The position numbers and the translations under genes were made by a program. Below the pieces are notes generated by a model. It did not search any database and was not told where the DNA came from. It saw nothing but the letters and a program-made list of their open reading frames with translations. 64,000 nucleotides of DNA from Octopus vulgaris (taxonomy: Eukaryota). Below are positions 37,253 to 50,704 of the stretch, in pieces (the stretch's first letter is position 1; every line of letters begins with the position of its first letter). The stretch is from contig OX597825.1 of assembly GCA_951406725.2 (NCBI GenBank), positions 47,740,001-47,804,000 on the forward strand. The letters run 5' to 3'.

Positions 37253-37612
37253 CACAGATATAATATCTCATTGAAAATCATAGAAAAAGTGGATACCTAT
37301 GGACAACTGCTTCCAAACTTTCAGCTTCTATATCCAGATTATGAATCCAAATTCATACTAATAGTTTTTGTTAGCAAATGCTTAAAGGACAATCTGGATA
37401 AACTGGGATTTTCAGAAAGAGAAATCGACCGGCTAATTCGTACGTTAAAAGTGCAATCTGTGAGAGGAACAGTAAAAATATACAAGACTTTTCTCAAGTT
37501 CCAAATGTGAATTTGCCTGTGTTAACTACATCCCAAAGATGGAGCCTTGTATCTTTGTTGGAAACCGGCTCCCTGCACAGTGGAAGATTTATAAAATTAA
37601 AAAATAGAAGAG
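37253..37612 (+). mobile_element. 3' fragment of REL retrotransposon family D inside (CATA)n
   Basis: NISLKIIEKVDTYGQLL..LLYPDY..LDKLGFS..QSVRGTVKIYKTFLKF*; 3' motif GGAGCC..GAAACCGGCTC; CATA arrays at 37171-37252 and 37613-37700. Confidence 0.7.
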
Positions 37613-39007
37613 ACATACATACACACACATACATACACACACATACATACATACATACATACATACATACATACATACATACATACATACATACATACAT
37701 TGATGACAGCTATTCATGACCGAGGAAGACCATCACTGACTATTCCCCGAGTAAAATGCCAGCAATACCCGTGAATGAAGTTATTGCACCAGTAATCGGT
37801 TTCACTCTAATTCGCACCCGCAGCTTCTCTGCTCCTTGCGGTGCCTTCCTGCTCGATCAGCCATCGGATAGTCAACTTGCCGGCGATTGCACAACCTAAA
37901 ATTTTAAGTTCAACATGATCTGCATAGCAACTGACATGATCCAGAGGCAAGATGTCCAGTGCCAATGCTATTGTTCGATAGTCGATAAATCTACAGTAGG
38001 TCTGTCCGTCTCTTTGTCCTGATGGATTTCTAGCTACCATCTGCCCCAGATAAGCCTAGTAGGGGTGCCGGTATGGCTCATCTTGGATTCTTGGGGATAA
38101 ATCCTTAATTCATACGCTACAAATGATCATGATATTTGGGACTGTATAAATTTGCAACATATTCTTAGGATTTAAAGGGTGATGGGAAAATGCATTCATT
38201 CTCTCTTTGCTGTCAAGCAGGTAGTCGGTCAAAATTTATTCTAAATTAAAAAAAGAAAATACGTACATACATACATACATACAAACATACATACATAATA
38301 CATATATACATGCATACATACATACATACATGATGGTTAAAACTCGATTTCGAGCAATTTTGTCGCTTGATTATTCTTTTGAAGCGGCACGGGTGTGGCT
38401 TTGAAGTCATGTTAGGGACCTACATCTTTTGCACAAATGTGGCAATGATGGGTGCCTCTTGCAGCAGGTATTCATAGAGTTATGTCCACCGCACCCCGCG
38501 CTCATATATGCCTTCATTCCATGAGGAAAAGTTTTACTGGGTTTACCTTTTTCGGATACGTTCAGCAATAGTATGCAACACATAATAGAGATGTTGAAAA
38601 CCAAGTATTGCCTGTGCCTGTAACTTTTTTTTAAAGTAAGAAAAGTTTCTGGTCAGGAAAATCGCTCTCTCTCTCTCTCTCTCTAAGCAACATATGCATT
38701 TGATCAAATAGAAGAATTAGTTTACTAGTCATCTAGAGAGACATCTAAACAAAGACTAAGAGTATTTCACTCCCATCTGTTGAATGACCGTTGACTCTAA
38801 TGACTTTAGCTGCCATTCCACAGGTTTTGTTTTTCGTCAACCACCTTACTTACCTCTGTTTGTTTGGATTGCGTGTTTAGTCACCGACAGCCCGACCGTG
38901 TGACAAGTTGTATCGGATTACATGTTACCAATAGCGCTAACAGTGACTTCATGTAGGCATACATGCGTGCATGCATACATACATATATGCATACATACAT
39001 ACATACA

Positions 39008-39039
<32 letters not shown>

Positions 39040-39494
39040 CACATTCATTAATGAATTCATTCATTGAGGAACACCTGCAACTCTTGTTGAAATTATCCCT
39101 TATAGATTTTCTATAGACGTTATAGCGAACACTGAGTACGCTGCAGTTCTTGATAGACTACTTTTCAGCCGCGTGTGATGAGATTAGATGTGGAATGAGC
39201 CTTTAGAAAAATGAGTCACAGCAAACATCAGGCAAGCCATATACCCCACCATCGATATACGTAAAGAGTAAAAAAGTTAAATGCCGAGAGTACGTTGGTC
39301 TATCTTAATAGCACGCTATCTAAATTTAATACACTTAGGCTCGTGATGAATACAGAAGCTTCAATCGGACATCAAAGGAGCAACGAACATACATACACAC
39401 ACCCACACACATACATATAAACATACAGGCATACATACATACATACATACATACAGACATATCTACATAATTACGCGCGCACGTGTGTGCTGCA

Positions 39495-39815
39495 GATAGG
39501 AACAACTCTTTTAAAAATAGCAAGAAGGAGGCTGCTACTCCTCTATCCTGATTATAGATTTACATTCATACCAATAATCATTGGTGCACTTGGTTATATA
39601 AGCAAATATCTAAGCTACAATCTAGAAAAAGAAAATTTTCAAAGAAAGAAAGAGACCAGCTCATACGAACATTACAGATACAATCTATAAGTAGAACAGT
39701 AAAAATATGCAAGACTTTCAGCGATATGATTATCCAAACTCTGTTGGTGGAGCTATTGTTTCTTTGTTAGAAACCATCTCCCACATTCTAGGTTGAGGTC
39801 TAATGAATATAAAAG
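39495..39815 (+). mobile_element. Second family D-like 3' fragment
   Basis: LLYPDYRFTFIPIIIGALGYISKYL, QSISRTVKICKTF and GGAGCT..GAAACCATCTC; degenerate CATA flanks. Confidence 0.7.
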
Positions 39816-39877
39816 TCATACACCCAGGTGGATGCATACAGGCACATAGAAACACACTCACACACACACACACATAC

Positions 39878-40045
<168 letters not shown>

Positions 40046-40190
40046 TGAGTCAGAGGTCTAAGGGATAAATGTATCCGTAGGCACCACTGGTGTATTACCT
40101 AACTATGTATAGGCCTTGCTGTAAGGTTACCAGTAGTTGGTAATTTAAAGGGTAAACCGTGGTTTAATATATTCAGATAAGGTAAGAGAA

Positions 40191-40553
40191 GAAATGAAGC
40201 AACGTGTAACAATTAGAAGGTGATCATTAGTATTGAATGATTATAGTTTTATTACGGTTAAGATAACATTCACAGCTGCTGCAGTTTGTTATTTTTGAGG
40301 TAAACTTGCATTTATCTCGTTACATGTAACAAACATCATCAGAATGATTTAAACTTTGCTATAGGAAATTCCTGTCAATATTCCTCTGGTAAAGTTCAAA
40401 TCATTCTGAAGATGTTTGTTATATGGAACAAGATAAACGCAAGTGTACCTCAAAAATAACATACTGAAACAGCTGTAAATGTTATCTTAACCATAATTTA
40501 AACTATGATCATTCAGTATTAATGATCAACTTCTAATTGTTGCATGTTGCTCC

Positions 40554-40558
<5 letters not shown>
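40191..40558. repeat. About 370-bp near-perfect palindrome (fold-back element)
   Basis: Arms 40191-40370 and 40377-40558 align as reverse complements with about 23 substitutions and 2 small indels by manual count. Confidence 0.9.
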
Positions 40559-40609
<51 letters not shown>

Positions 40610-40988
40610 ATACACACACACACACACATATATGTAGAAGGTTGAAAAGGAACACACTAGTTGATATATGTATAAGGAAAATAAAACAAGGTAGAAAATA
40701 CTAAAACAATTTTATCATGAAGACCATTTTAGTACCGGTTTCAGTCTTTGTGACTTTTCAACTTAGAGTAAAGCATGAAAAACCATTAAATTGTGAAAAA
40801 ATTAAATAGAATGTTTTTAAAAAACATTTCCATACTTTTCAAATGCAAGGGACATTTTCCTTTTTACTTTCTGTGTCTGTCTCTCTTTTTTACTCTTGTG
40901 GGTTCTAGTTAGTTAGCAGTAGCTAGTTTGATATGAATTCTTGTCTTTGATTGTTTAAGCAGCAGCAGGAATAGAGAAAAGGGGTGGT

Positions 40989-41497
40989 GAAGAAGAAGAA
41001 GGAGGAGGAGGAGGAGGAGAAGAAGAAGGAGGAGGAGAAGAAGAAGAAGAAGGAGAAGAAGAAGGAGGAGGAGGAGAAGAAGAAGAATGCATCCACCACA
41101 AATAACACTATCACTAGGGCCTCAGAATAACACCCACGCAAATATTGAAAACGATATATTCAAAACAGTCACTTCAGATAAATTTATTCAGAACAATTCC
41201 AATCACTACTATTACAACCACAACGGGTCACTTTTAGTTCACTTCACTATTTAAGAGGATTTCACCAGCATCCTGCTACTGTCATACCACTCCCGCAGTC
41301 GTCTTCTTCTTTTTCTTCTTCTTCTTCTTCTTCTTCTTCTTCTTCTTCTTCTTCTTCTTCTTCTTCTTCTTCTTCTTCTTCTTCTTCTTCTTCTTCTTCT
41401 TCTTCTTCTTCTTCTTCTTCTTCTTCTTCTTCTCCTTCTTTATGTTCTTCTTCTTCTCCTCCTCCTCCTTTTTCTTCTTCTCCTTCTTTTTCTTCTA
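40989..41497. repeat. Opposed (GAA/GGA)n and (CTT)n tracts
   Basis: Purine tract 40989-41087 and pyrimidine tract 41302-41497. Confidence 0.9.
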
Positions 41498-42013
41498 GAT
41501 AGATAGATAGATAGATAGATAGATTGATAGATAGCGATCAATATTTATTACATAAACGGAAACGAGCTTATACACATGTGCATGTGTATATATCGAAATA
41601 TGTGTGTGATTATGTGTGTATATCTGTTTTGTTTGTATATACACCTTTTCTGGACTGGATCAAAACAAAATATTAAATTCTATAATTCGCCATGTTTGAA
41701 GTGTGTGTGTGTATTAACGGTAAGAGATTGTTTTCGTTTATTTGCTACTCCGATTTTGCGTATGTGAATCGCAGGGTTTGTCGTATATGGAATCTCCACT
41801 TGTAGAAAATGGAAAAAACAGTCTTTGACTGCCATTTCTAATTCCTTCGGTATGCGGCGAAGCAGCCTGTTGCCCGCCCTTTTAATTATTTTTACTATAT
41901 ACTGAACTTTACAGAAGTTCCTGACGCTGAAATTGTCATATTTACATACCGAATTTTACCGGTAAATAATTGTTGGTTGTATGAAAAACCACTGAAAAAT
42001 GATTTACCATTTT

Positions 42014-42061
<48 letters not shown>

Positions 42062-42077
42062 ATACAGTATATATATA

Positions 42078-42558
42078 AGGTGGTTGTCCACTCCTTATGC
42101 AGAGTTTGACCACTTTCTTTACCTACGCCTTAGAACCATCATGGCATCTGTTGTGGCTTTCTAAACCAGACGATGTTTTGAAAAGACACCCATATAGATT
42201 GCTTATCCGATTTAGACAACCAAGAGCTGCAGATAAGTTCTGGTTTTTGTGGATCTTAAAATGTCTTTTGATTTGCAATTCTTCTAGCATACAATGCGTT
42301 GAAAGGTGTGCACAGACATATAGGCAGAATAGTTGGTGGAGGTTCGTATGCCATGGGTTCACAAATGAGATTTGAACCCTGCAAAAGACATGGTTTGTCA
42401 GAAACTGTGCCCACAAAAAGGTCATTGTGATTCACCTTCTCGATCGTAACATTCTTCCTTAAATCTCTCTTGAGTCTTGCATGCGTTATCCTGACCTCTT
42501 CAAACGCTTTCACTCCACTCCACACTTTTTTTTGCCATCCAGCTCGATCCCTAGCAAG
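42078..42558 (-). mobile_element. 3' end of an RTE-like LINE inserted in (TA)n
   Basis: WSGVKAFEEVRITHARLKRDLRK followed by degenerate zinc-finger-like repeats (KTSSGLESHNRCH); TA flanks. Confidence 0.55.
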
Positions 42559-42562
42559 GGTT

Positions 42563-42622
<60 letters not shown>

Positions 42623-42682
42623 GCCAGAACAATGCGAAGTAAACTTAAGGCAAATCACAGGAAAATAGATATGTGAATTAAT

Positions 42683-43480
42683 GTAATCCAATATTTCAGG
42701 GTTGTGACCCCATTTTCAAGAAATTAACGAATGCTGCCGATGTGCGTGTGTGTGACCATGTGTGGAGTGAACATGCGCGAAAATGTGTTTCTATAGTAAC
42801 CAGTTAGCTTCCTGTAACTCTCTTCTGTTATTGATCTTAGGTTTTTTTTGGTGCATGAATATGGCCTCAGATTCTAAGGTTGCCCCTGTTCCGCTATTTC
42901 CCGGGTCTGGCATTTCTGTAGATGTTCCTTCACGGAAGTGGCTGCCTGCATGTCTTCCTTAATGCGTATATGCAGTTTTCTTGTTGTGCTTCCTATGTAG
43001 GAGGCGCCACATTTTCCACAAATGATCTCTTATATAACATAGGTCCGCTGGCACAATTCAGGGTCATTGATGAGGAAGTTCAAAAATGTGCACTCCTCGG
43101 GGTATGTCGAGTCTTTCCTGCGGACTGCGTGTTGTATCGCTGCAGTAGTTCTGTCTTTAAAGTGTGGTAGCTTTAGGAAGCACGTTTCGGATTTGGGAGT
43201 ATGATGGTTCTTCCGGGGTTTATTTATCTTGATACTCTTTAGGCGCCGTTGTTTAGCTAAATATGGTGGGTAGCCATTCAGGGTTAGGTCTCTGAGGAAC
43301 TGCTTGGTGTTAATGGCTTTGTTGGTCACGTCGTTGCAGTTGTTGTTTATACGTGCAATCTCGTTTCTCACGTATGCGGCTTTGGCTCTAGTGGGTAAGG
43401 GTTACTGGTAGGGGACGAAAAGTTTTTTACTAGCGGCTTTTCTTTAGGAATTAATAAATATGGAGCCTTCCTCTGTGATT
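42683..43480 (-). mobile_element. Decayed Penelope-like element 3' part with pLTR-like tail
   Basis: YVRNEIARINNNC..LTLNGYP, FLKLPHF, CQRTYVI*EIICGKCGASYIGSTTRKLHIRIKE; related to 32455-33600. Confidence 0.8.
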
Positions 43481-45599
43481 CTGATATATATATATATGTC
43501 AGATAATAAAATGAATGGTTTACACTTAGTTGCATACTGGTAAAGCACGGCCACTTTCACAGTGTTCGTTATGTATATGTTAAATAAAAATTCTCGTTTA
43601 TTCCATCTTCTATCTTTCATTTACCATGTATATAAATGTGTGTGTGTGCGCGTGTGTGTGTGTGTGTGTGTGTGTGCATAAAGCGTCGAAGAATGCAATC
43701 TTTACCTGTGAATAAACCTACTTGATAATTTCAAAGAGTGCAGTTAATGTCGTCCTATCTTGTATTTGTATTCTATAGCCCACGGATTGTCATTACTTGA
43801 TATTGAGATTCATTTCAGCCAAAATCTACAAAATAGTTTAAGAGTAAAATTATAGAATCCGGTGTTATTTCAAGACATCAGGCTCGGCTGCAATTAAGAG
43901 ACGTGTCCTTTCTTCAGCACTATCAACAAGAAAAACACTATAGCGAAAACATCAAAGGAATGAGGAAATTTCTTTGTTTTCATTTCTGAAGAATTTCTTG
44001 GAGAATAGTAAATGTAGGCGTCAAGGTTTTGCCAGGAATGTGTTGAAAGGCGATCGTTATCATTTCCCACATGTTTATCCTAGCAATTCTGCCGAAGGAA
44101 AACAGTTTCCGAATATGAACAAAAATATTTTGCTTTTAAAATGATGGTATTTGAAAATGTTTTTGGTGCAGCAGCCTCGAATAAAGGAAAAAATAGAATT
44201 TGTGCTAATGTGAAATGTCTGTGAATGCGTTAAACTGTTTTAGGCATTCAATAGTTGAAATACGTAAAATTATGTGCCTCTATATATTCGGAACACCGCA
44301 CACACATGCGCACGCGCATGTAACTATGATATAGTTATTGTACATGATACTATTTTGCTGCTCTTTTTGTGTTTGAAACTATTAAATATTGAGTTCAAAT
44401 CCTTGTTACTGTACTACTGCTTGTGAGAGAGAATGTTATATTCTTCAAAATAGTTAGACGATGTTTGAGAGAAATGCTATGTAGTAATTTTGGTTCCTTT
44501 GACAAAGAATTATGAATACAAGTACAACGAGGATGGTGGTCCTTATTACCTAGAATTTACTTCATGACAAAGGTATTGCCGTCTGTAAAATTTAGTCACT
44601 ATCCTTCACATAGATACTGACTTTTCGAGTCATCCCGTTCTCAACAGCATCATGAATCTATAAAAAGTGAAACATTTCCAAAGAGGAATCGAAATATCAC
44701 TAACCGTCATACTCAACTATAGTTGTATACAAACAGATACTATAGAACCTGAATCGACTGTTAAATGATAAAGAGTTGATTCATTTATCTTATCCAACGA
44801 AATATAGTTACAGTGACAGGATGATGAGTGTATTTTGCTTGGTGTGTAAGAAGAGGTGTATCCATGGTCTTTCCAAGTCTGCAGGAAGGGGTCATTTTCA
44901 TGGTTTGAGCAGGTAAAAAGGGACAATGTTTCCTCCAAGACCAGTGATATTCCACTTGATGTTCCACTTAAAGTATTGAAAGTTGACAGGTGCAGGAATG
45001 ACATAGACACAGATTTAATTCCAGAGAAGTAGAAGGACGGCGAAATGGTTAATACGGGTTCAGGTTAGGGGGAGAGAAGACTTGGTTTTCCTTCGAGTAA
45101 TCATTAAAGTGAACTTGTAATTACATCAGTATTTGGAAGAGTGAATAATGAATTTACAGTACGACAGATTATTTACAGTATTAATATATTCTTTGACTGT
45201 AAATCATGACATGATGTAACTAAAATTGCGTCTTGAACACCACAACTCCTCCATCTTCTCTTTAACTTACTGAATCAGGAATAAAATCGATGGTGCCATA
45301 AACAAAAAGAATAATCAGTAAATAAATATGTATCTATGAATGTTCGCATTTAAACATGTATATATACGTGTGTATGAATGTATGTGTGTGTGTGTGTGAA
45401 TGTGTGAATGTGTGAATGTGTGAATGTGTGTGTGTGTGTGTATGTGTGTGTGTGCGTGCGTGCGTGCGCGCTTACACATGTATATAAAATAGAGGCTTGT
45501 TCACCTTCGAAGTCTAGGTTTAGGCATTCATAGTGTGTGAAAAATTAAAATTGAATAGAGTCGACAGGAAGGAGTACGTTTAGACAGCTATTTAATAAA

Positions 45600-45701
45600 C
45601 ACTACACATGATTTGATACAACATAGACCCACATATACACAGGATTTCAATTAAGCAACAGTTTACCTGCATAATGGGATCCAGATGTATCTCCTCAGGT
45701 G
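45600..45701 (-). ncRNA. Degenerate type I hammerhead-ribozyme-like motif with long stem II
   Basis: CAC-CTGAGGA-GATACA..(extended hairpin)..TGTATC-AAAT-CATGT-GTA-GTG; G12 is missing. Confidence 0.55.
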
Positions 45702-48070
45702 ATATGTAATTGATGTTCCTGTAAGTAAATATTTGGCTTTGATACTAAAACATCCAACTGGCTCTTTTGAATCTTGTAGACGCTGGAAGTTCCATTCTGC
45801 TCGCTGTCAACACACGCATCTACACGCTCGACATGAGCGGCATTGTATACATTGGCTGTCCACTTTGTTTCACGTTATGTTACTCATGATAAATTTTATT
45901 ATTTCGCAAATACACTCACACATACGCTCATACATATATAATAACTGACACACATAGACACACAACTATATCTCTTGGCGTCCCCATACATACATATACT
46001 CTCTCTCTCACACACACACGCACATATATAAATATATACGTACGTATATACACACACACACCGGTCAACAAACACATTAACACCCATACATAGACGCATA
46101 TACATATATCCCCCATATTCATAATGATTATTATAATTTTTATACACTGTTCCATCTTGAAAATGTATATTTGGCGCAGTGGTTACACCTTGGAATTTTC
46201 TCATCATACTTGTTTACCAGGTTCTCATTACTCAGCAATATACTCAATGCTTCCCCAAGGCAAATGTCACATTTGTCGGATAGTGAATTTTTTAAATTAT
46301 TGACCATTACATTTCGTATTTAATTTTTGATTCTTTCACTCCCCATATGAGGTCCACCAGTGAAGTTGTGTGTCGTCTGTTTATTTTTCGGAATGACGAG
46401 ATGTGGTTGCGATAACGGACTTTGAACTGGTTTTCCGTGGCACCTATGTACACGTATTTATGTTGGGATGTGGAGACTGTGCATTTGTATACCATGTTTT
46501 TTGGACACATTGGTTCATGAGTGGACAAGAGGATTTTCTACGGCATGTACAGTTGTTTGTACTATTATTATTATTATGCTTATCTGGTGACCTTTTGATT
46601 CTGTTTTCATGATGTTCTGTTTGATGTTTAGTGTCTGGAGCATTGTGGAATCGGCAATCTTTTTTGTTGAGTCTCTTTTGATGATTTATTTAAATTTTAT
46701 TGCCACCGTTTTTTGCGTTATCTGAATTCTTGCAGTCTATCTGTTGTTTATTTTTGTTATTGGCCTTAAATCCTATGATGTTTTGATTTGTTTGTTCTCT
46801 GCCAGCAGACGTTGTTTGTATGTTTAATTTCCTGTTGTTGTATTTATGCATATAGTACTCCATGTTGTGTACGATATTGTCACTGTGTGCTCCTTGAATA
46901 AACGGTTGTATTTATGTGTTTTAGGAAAGCATCTATTTAATGCTGCAATGAATTGCTTACTTGTCTTTGATGATATTTGGATTCCAAAAACTGGATTATA
47001 CCCTAGGACATCCGGATTTTTGTACCTTTTGTTTGGTTCCTTGAACCTATTTTCTGTGTTGCTGCGATTGTGTGCGTCTGTATTCCAATTATTTCTATTC
47101 TTTGGGGTTATATCTTTTTTTCCTTCTATCTTTCCTTTGTTCGTCGGGTTTTCCCTTTTTATTGCTATTGTTGATGTCATTCGTGTTATGTGTGTATTCT
47201 ACCTTATTTGCATTTGTGTTATTGTTATTTGGTGTTTCGTTATTTTCAAACTTGATTTTTCCTTTATATCCGGCGCTAGGTAGCACTTCATTGTAGTATG
47301 GTACATGTTGGTTGAATATTTCCTCTGTGATTGATAATCTTGATATTCTGGTGGCTATGTTCTTAATTATTCTCTTGGTTATGGATAGTGGATGATTGGA
47401 ATTGACATTTATGTATCTTAAGCACTCATTAGTCTTATGGTATAGTTCATACAGGCTACTTTCTAAATTAAAAGTCACATCTATAAAGTTTACCTTACGG
47501 TAATTAAAGTCTATGGTAATAGAAAGGCCGAAACATCTAAAACATTTATGAAGTACTTTTCTATATCATCCTATCTCAACTTTTGTTCAGTTTTTAATAG
47601 GAAAAGAACATTGTCTCTGTACAGACTACCCGTTACCTGGGGGAATTCTGATTTGACCTCAGATAAAAGGTAGATTCCAACAATCTGTTACTTGAGCCGA
47701 GTCACTCGACCCCATGGTTATATCAAAGGAATTAGCCCTCTCTGATCTCGTCCATAGTTTGTTATCGTAACTAATAACAGTTTGACGAGCTACTAAAATT
47801 ATGTCTACGTCTGTCCTAGATAAACTACAGTTTTTCATTGCGAAAATAAGAGCTTTGTTTAGTGCTATACGATTAATCACGGAATAGTAGCTATCTAATT
47901 GTATAAATTTAGACTTTTTAGTTTCCTCTATTCTCATAAACCATCATCTAAACTCCTGAGTACAAGACCACAATGAAACTCCAATCCTAGTTTTTATTTT
48001 GGACATTACTCTCCCTATAATGTTTTTACTTATACGTCGAATGTGCGATTTCGATGGACATAGTAATCTC
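45600..48070 (-). mobile_element. Decayed Penelope-like element of a second type (Nematis-like GIY-YIG) with downstream hammerhead-like motif
   Basis: FDITMGSSDSAQV, LYRDN (YRDD), VNFIDVTFNL, YINVNSNHP, CTCRRKSSCPLMNQC, MVYKCTVST..YIGATENQFKVRYRNHISSF, CDICLGE. Confidence 0.8.
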
Positions 48071-48074
48071 ATTA

Positions 48075-48106
<32 letters not shown>

Positions 48107-48121
48107 TATATATATATATTA

Positions 48122-48343
48122 TGACAAGCAAGGGAGGCAAAGTTCCCTACAGCATTCGGGGCATAGCTGGGTCACCAGTGATTTCGCATTTGATTAAAGC
48201 TCGTTAGTGGCTTTCTCGTGACTATGAGTTGCTTTGACTCTTATTTCTAGCAATGATGGTGCTAACTAGTATCCTTTGTCACTTTAGTGACGTCTATACT
48301 TCTGCTTTTCGGTTGTAAATTGCGAATAAACCACCTTTATTAC
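48122..48343 (+). mobile_element. Possible short solo LTR
   Basis: Starts TG, ends ACA, AATAAA about 15 nt from the end, inserted in TA/CA repeats; no internal region or clear TSD. Confidence 0.3.
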
Positions 48344-48720
48344 ATACACACACGCACATAGATATTAATAAATAATGTATATATTTATGCATATATGGGT
48401 ACGGGACGTAACCAACTGTGTAAACAACGTAGGCAATACGTAGACACAAGAGTTAAATACGTAAACAATGAGAGAAAAAAATGGAAATCAGGACAAGTAA
48501 ACACACAGAAACGACCTTTCATCAGTTGTCGGCTGTCTATCTACTCCTCACTTCGAGCATTCAACGAAAATATGAGTCTTCAAAGACAGTTGCTCCCATA
48601 AATTCTAAAATAAAATTTAGGATTTATGGAAGGTCAAAGTTGAGACAAAAACAGGGTAGTGGAAACATACAAGGAAACCGAACGAAAACAAACCTGTGTA
48701 TGTGTGTGTATGTATGTATG

Positions 48721-48754
<34 letters not shown>

Positions 48755-49271
48755 TGTATGTATGTATGTATGTATGTATGTACAAATGCGTGTATGCATT
48801 CATATGCGTGTCAATGAGTACACTGGTAGACCTAGTTAGCAATAGTGTTACTATTTTATGGCCTTTTTTCTCCTCCAGCTATTTTTCTATTTCTTATGTC
48901 AAATATATTTCAAATTATTGGCATTCTTTCGTTTCAGGACTCATACCATGTTGTATATCACCTGTATGTGGCTTATATCACTTTCTGTCCAGGTAACGTA
49001 ATCAATCTTCCTTTAATCTTTTACATCGTTATTCCTATTTCTTTAGTCTCAAGTGACCTCTCCAAATGTTCTCTTAAGGTTTCTTTTCACCCACGAAAGT
49101 ACTAAGTAATGCTGAAACACATTGTCTCCTGTCTTTATGCAAAATTATCGACAAAGAGTATATTCTATCAACTTCCAACTTAATCGCGTCGTCCTCAAGT
49201 TATGGTTCAGCTTATACTGGTGTATACTTCTGACATATGCAGTGCGCGCGCGCACAGGCACACACACGCGT

Positions 49272-49406
<135 letters not shown>

Positions 49407-49506
49407 CATATATATATACCAGGTGGTGCTATTAAGTTAGACATGGCCTGGGCCAATAATGGCCGAAACCTATCAAAGTATCAAAGTATCAAAGTATATA
49501 TATATG

Positions 49507-49577
<71 letters not shown>

Positions 49578-49578
<1 letters not shown>

Positions 49579-49869
49579 GAGGTGCAATGGCCCAGTGGTT
49601 AGGGTAGCGGAGTCGCGGTTTCGATTCCCAGGCCGGGCGTTGTGAGTGTTTATTGAGCAAAAACACCTAAAGTTCCACGAGGCTCCGGCAGGGGGTGGTG
49701 GCGATCCCTGCTGTACTCTTTCGCCACAACTTACTCTCACTCTTTCTTCTGTTGGCCTGCTCGCTTAGCCAGCGGGGTGGCGTCATTTGAAGGCTAAAAC
49801 AATGCGAAGTGCATTGTGACCAGCGATGTGCAGCAACATCTGATAGCCTGGTCGGTCACGAGGATCACG

Positions 49870-49873
<4 letters not shown>
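49578..49873 (+). mobile_element. tRNA-derived SINE type 2
   Basis: A box TGGCCCAGTGG and B box GGTTTCGATTCC, GC-rich body, TA-repeat tail. Confidence 0.8.
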
Positions 49874-49909
<36 letters not shown>

Positions 49910-49980
49910 TATACACACACAGAGGAAGGAGAACAAAGAGAGACACCTCATATGGTTGGAGGTGTGACTATATAAATGAA

Positions 49981-50046
<66 letters not shown>

Positions 50047-50621
50047 AGAAGAAAGAGTGAGAGAGACGAAGTCATTCAATAGAAAGATATGCCATTATCT
50101 AGATATCATTAAATAGATGCCATAATATAAATGATAGGTACGTCATTACTATAAGTACATTCAATATTATAAAGATAGACTTGTATATTTATCGGTACAT
50201 ATGTGTATGTGTGTGTATCTCTGTTGGCTCCCACCACTTGCTTGACAACCGATATTGGTTTGTTTACGTCCCCACAACTTAGCGTTTCAGTAAATGTGAT
50301 CGATAGAATAAATAACAGGCTTTAAAAAAAGTACCGGGTTCGGCTCGTTCGACTAAAAATTGCTCAAGGCGGTTCCCCCAGCATGGCAGCATTCTAATGT
50401 CTGAAAATATTTGTATTTATCTATTTGTTTTTATTTATTTGTTTTTTATTATTGGACTGTGGTTATGCTGGGGCACCATCTTGAGCAAATCGACTCCGGT
50501 ACTTACATTTAAATTAGGTACTTATTCGTTCTGTCTTTCTTTTGAATCGTTCATTTACAGGGTCGTAAAAAAACTACAATCGACTGCCAAGCGATGATAG
50601 TGAACGAAAACAGCACAAGCA

Positions 50622-50667
<46 letters not shown>

Positions 50668-50704
50668 CATATAATATGTGCATATACATAGACATACATG
50701 CATG

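Noticed and set aside
38330-38620. Possible RTE-like 3' end on the minus strand
   Set aside because: Only a vague peptide resemblance with many stops; not supportable by eye
44717-45010. 97-aa minus-strand ORF in non-repetitive sequence
   Set aside because: No recognisable motif; the length is compatible with chance
48392-48640. CTGATGA on the minus strand within a probable repeat, considered as a hammerhead
   Set aside because: No stem II followed by GAAA and no room for stem I
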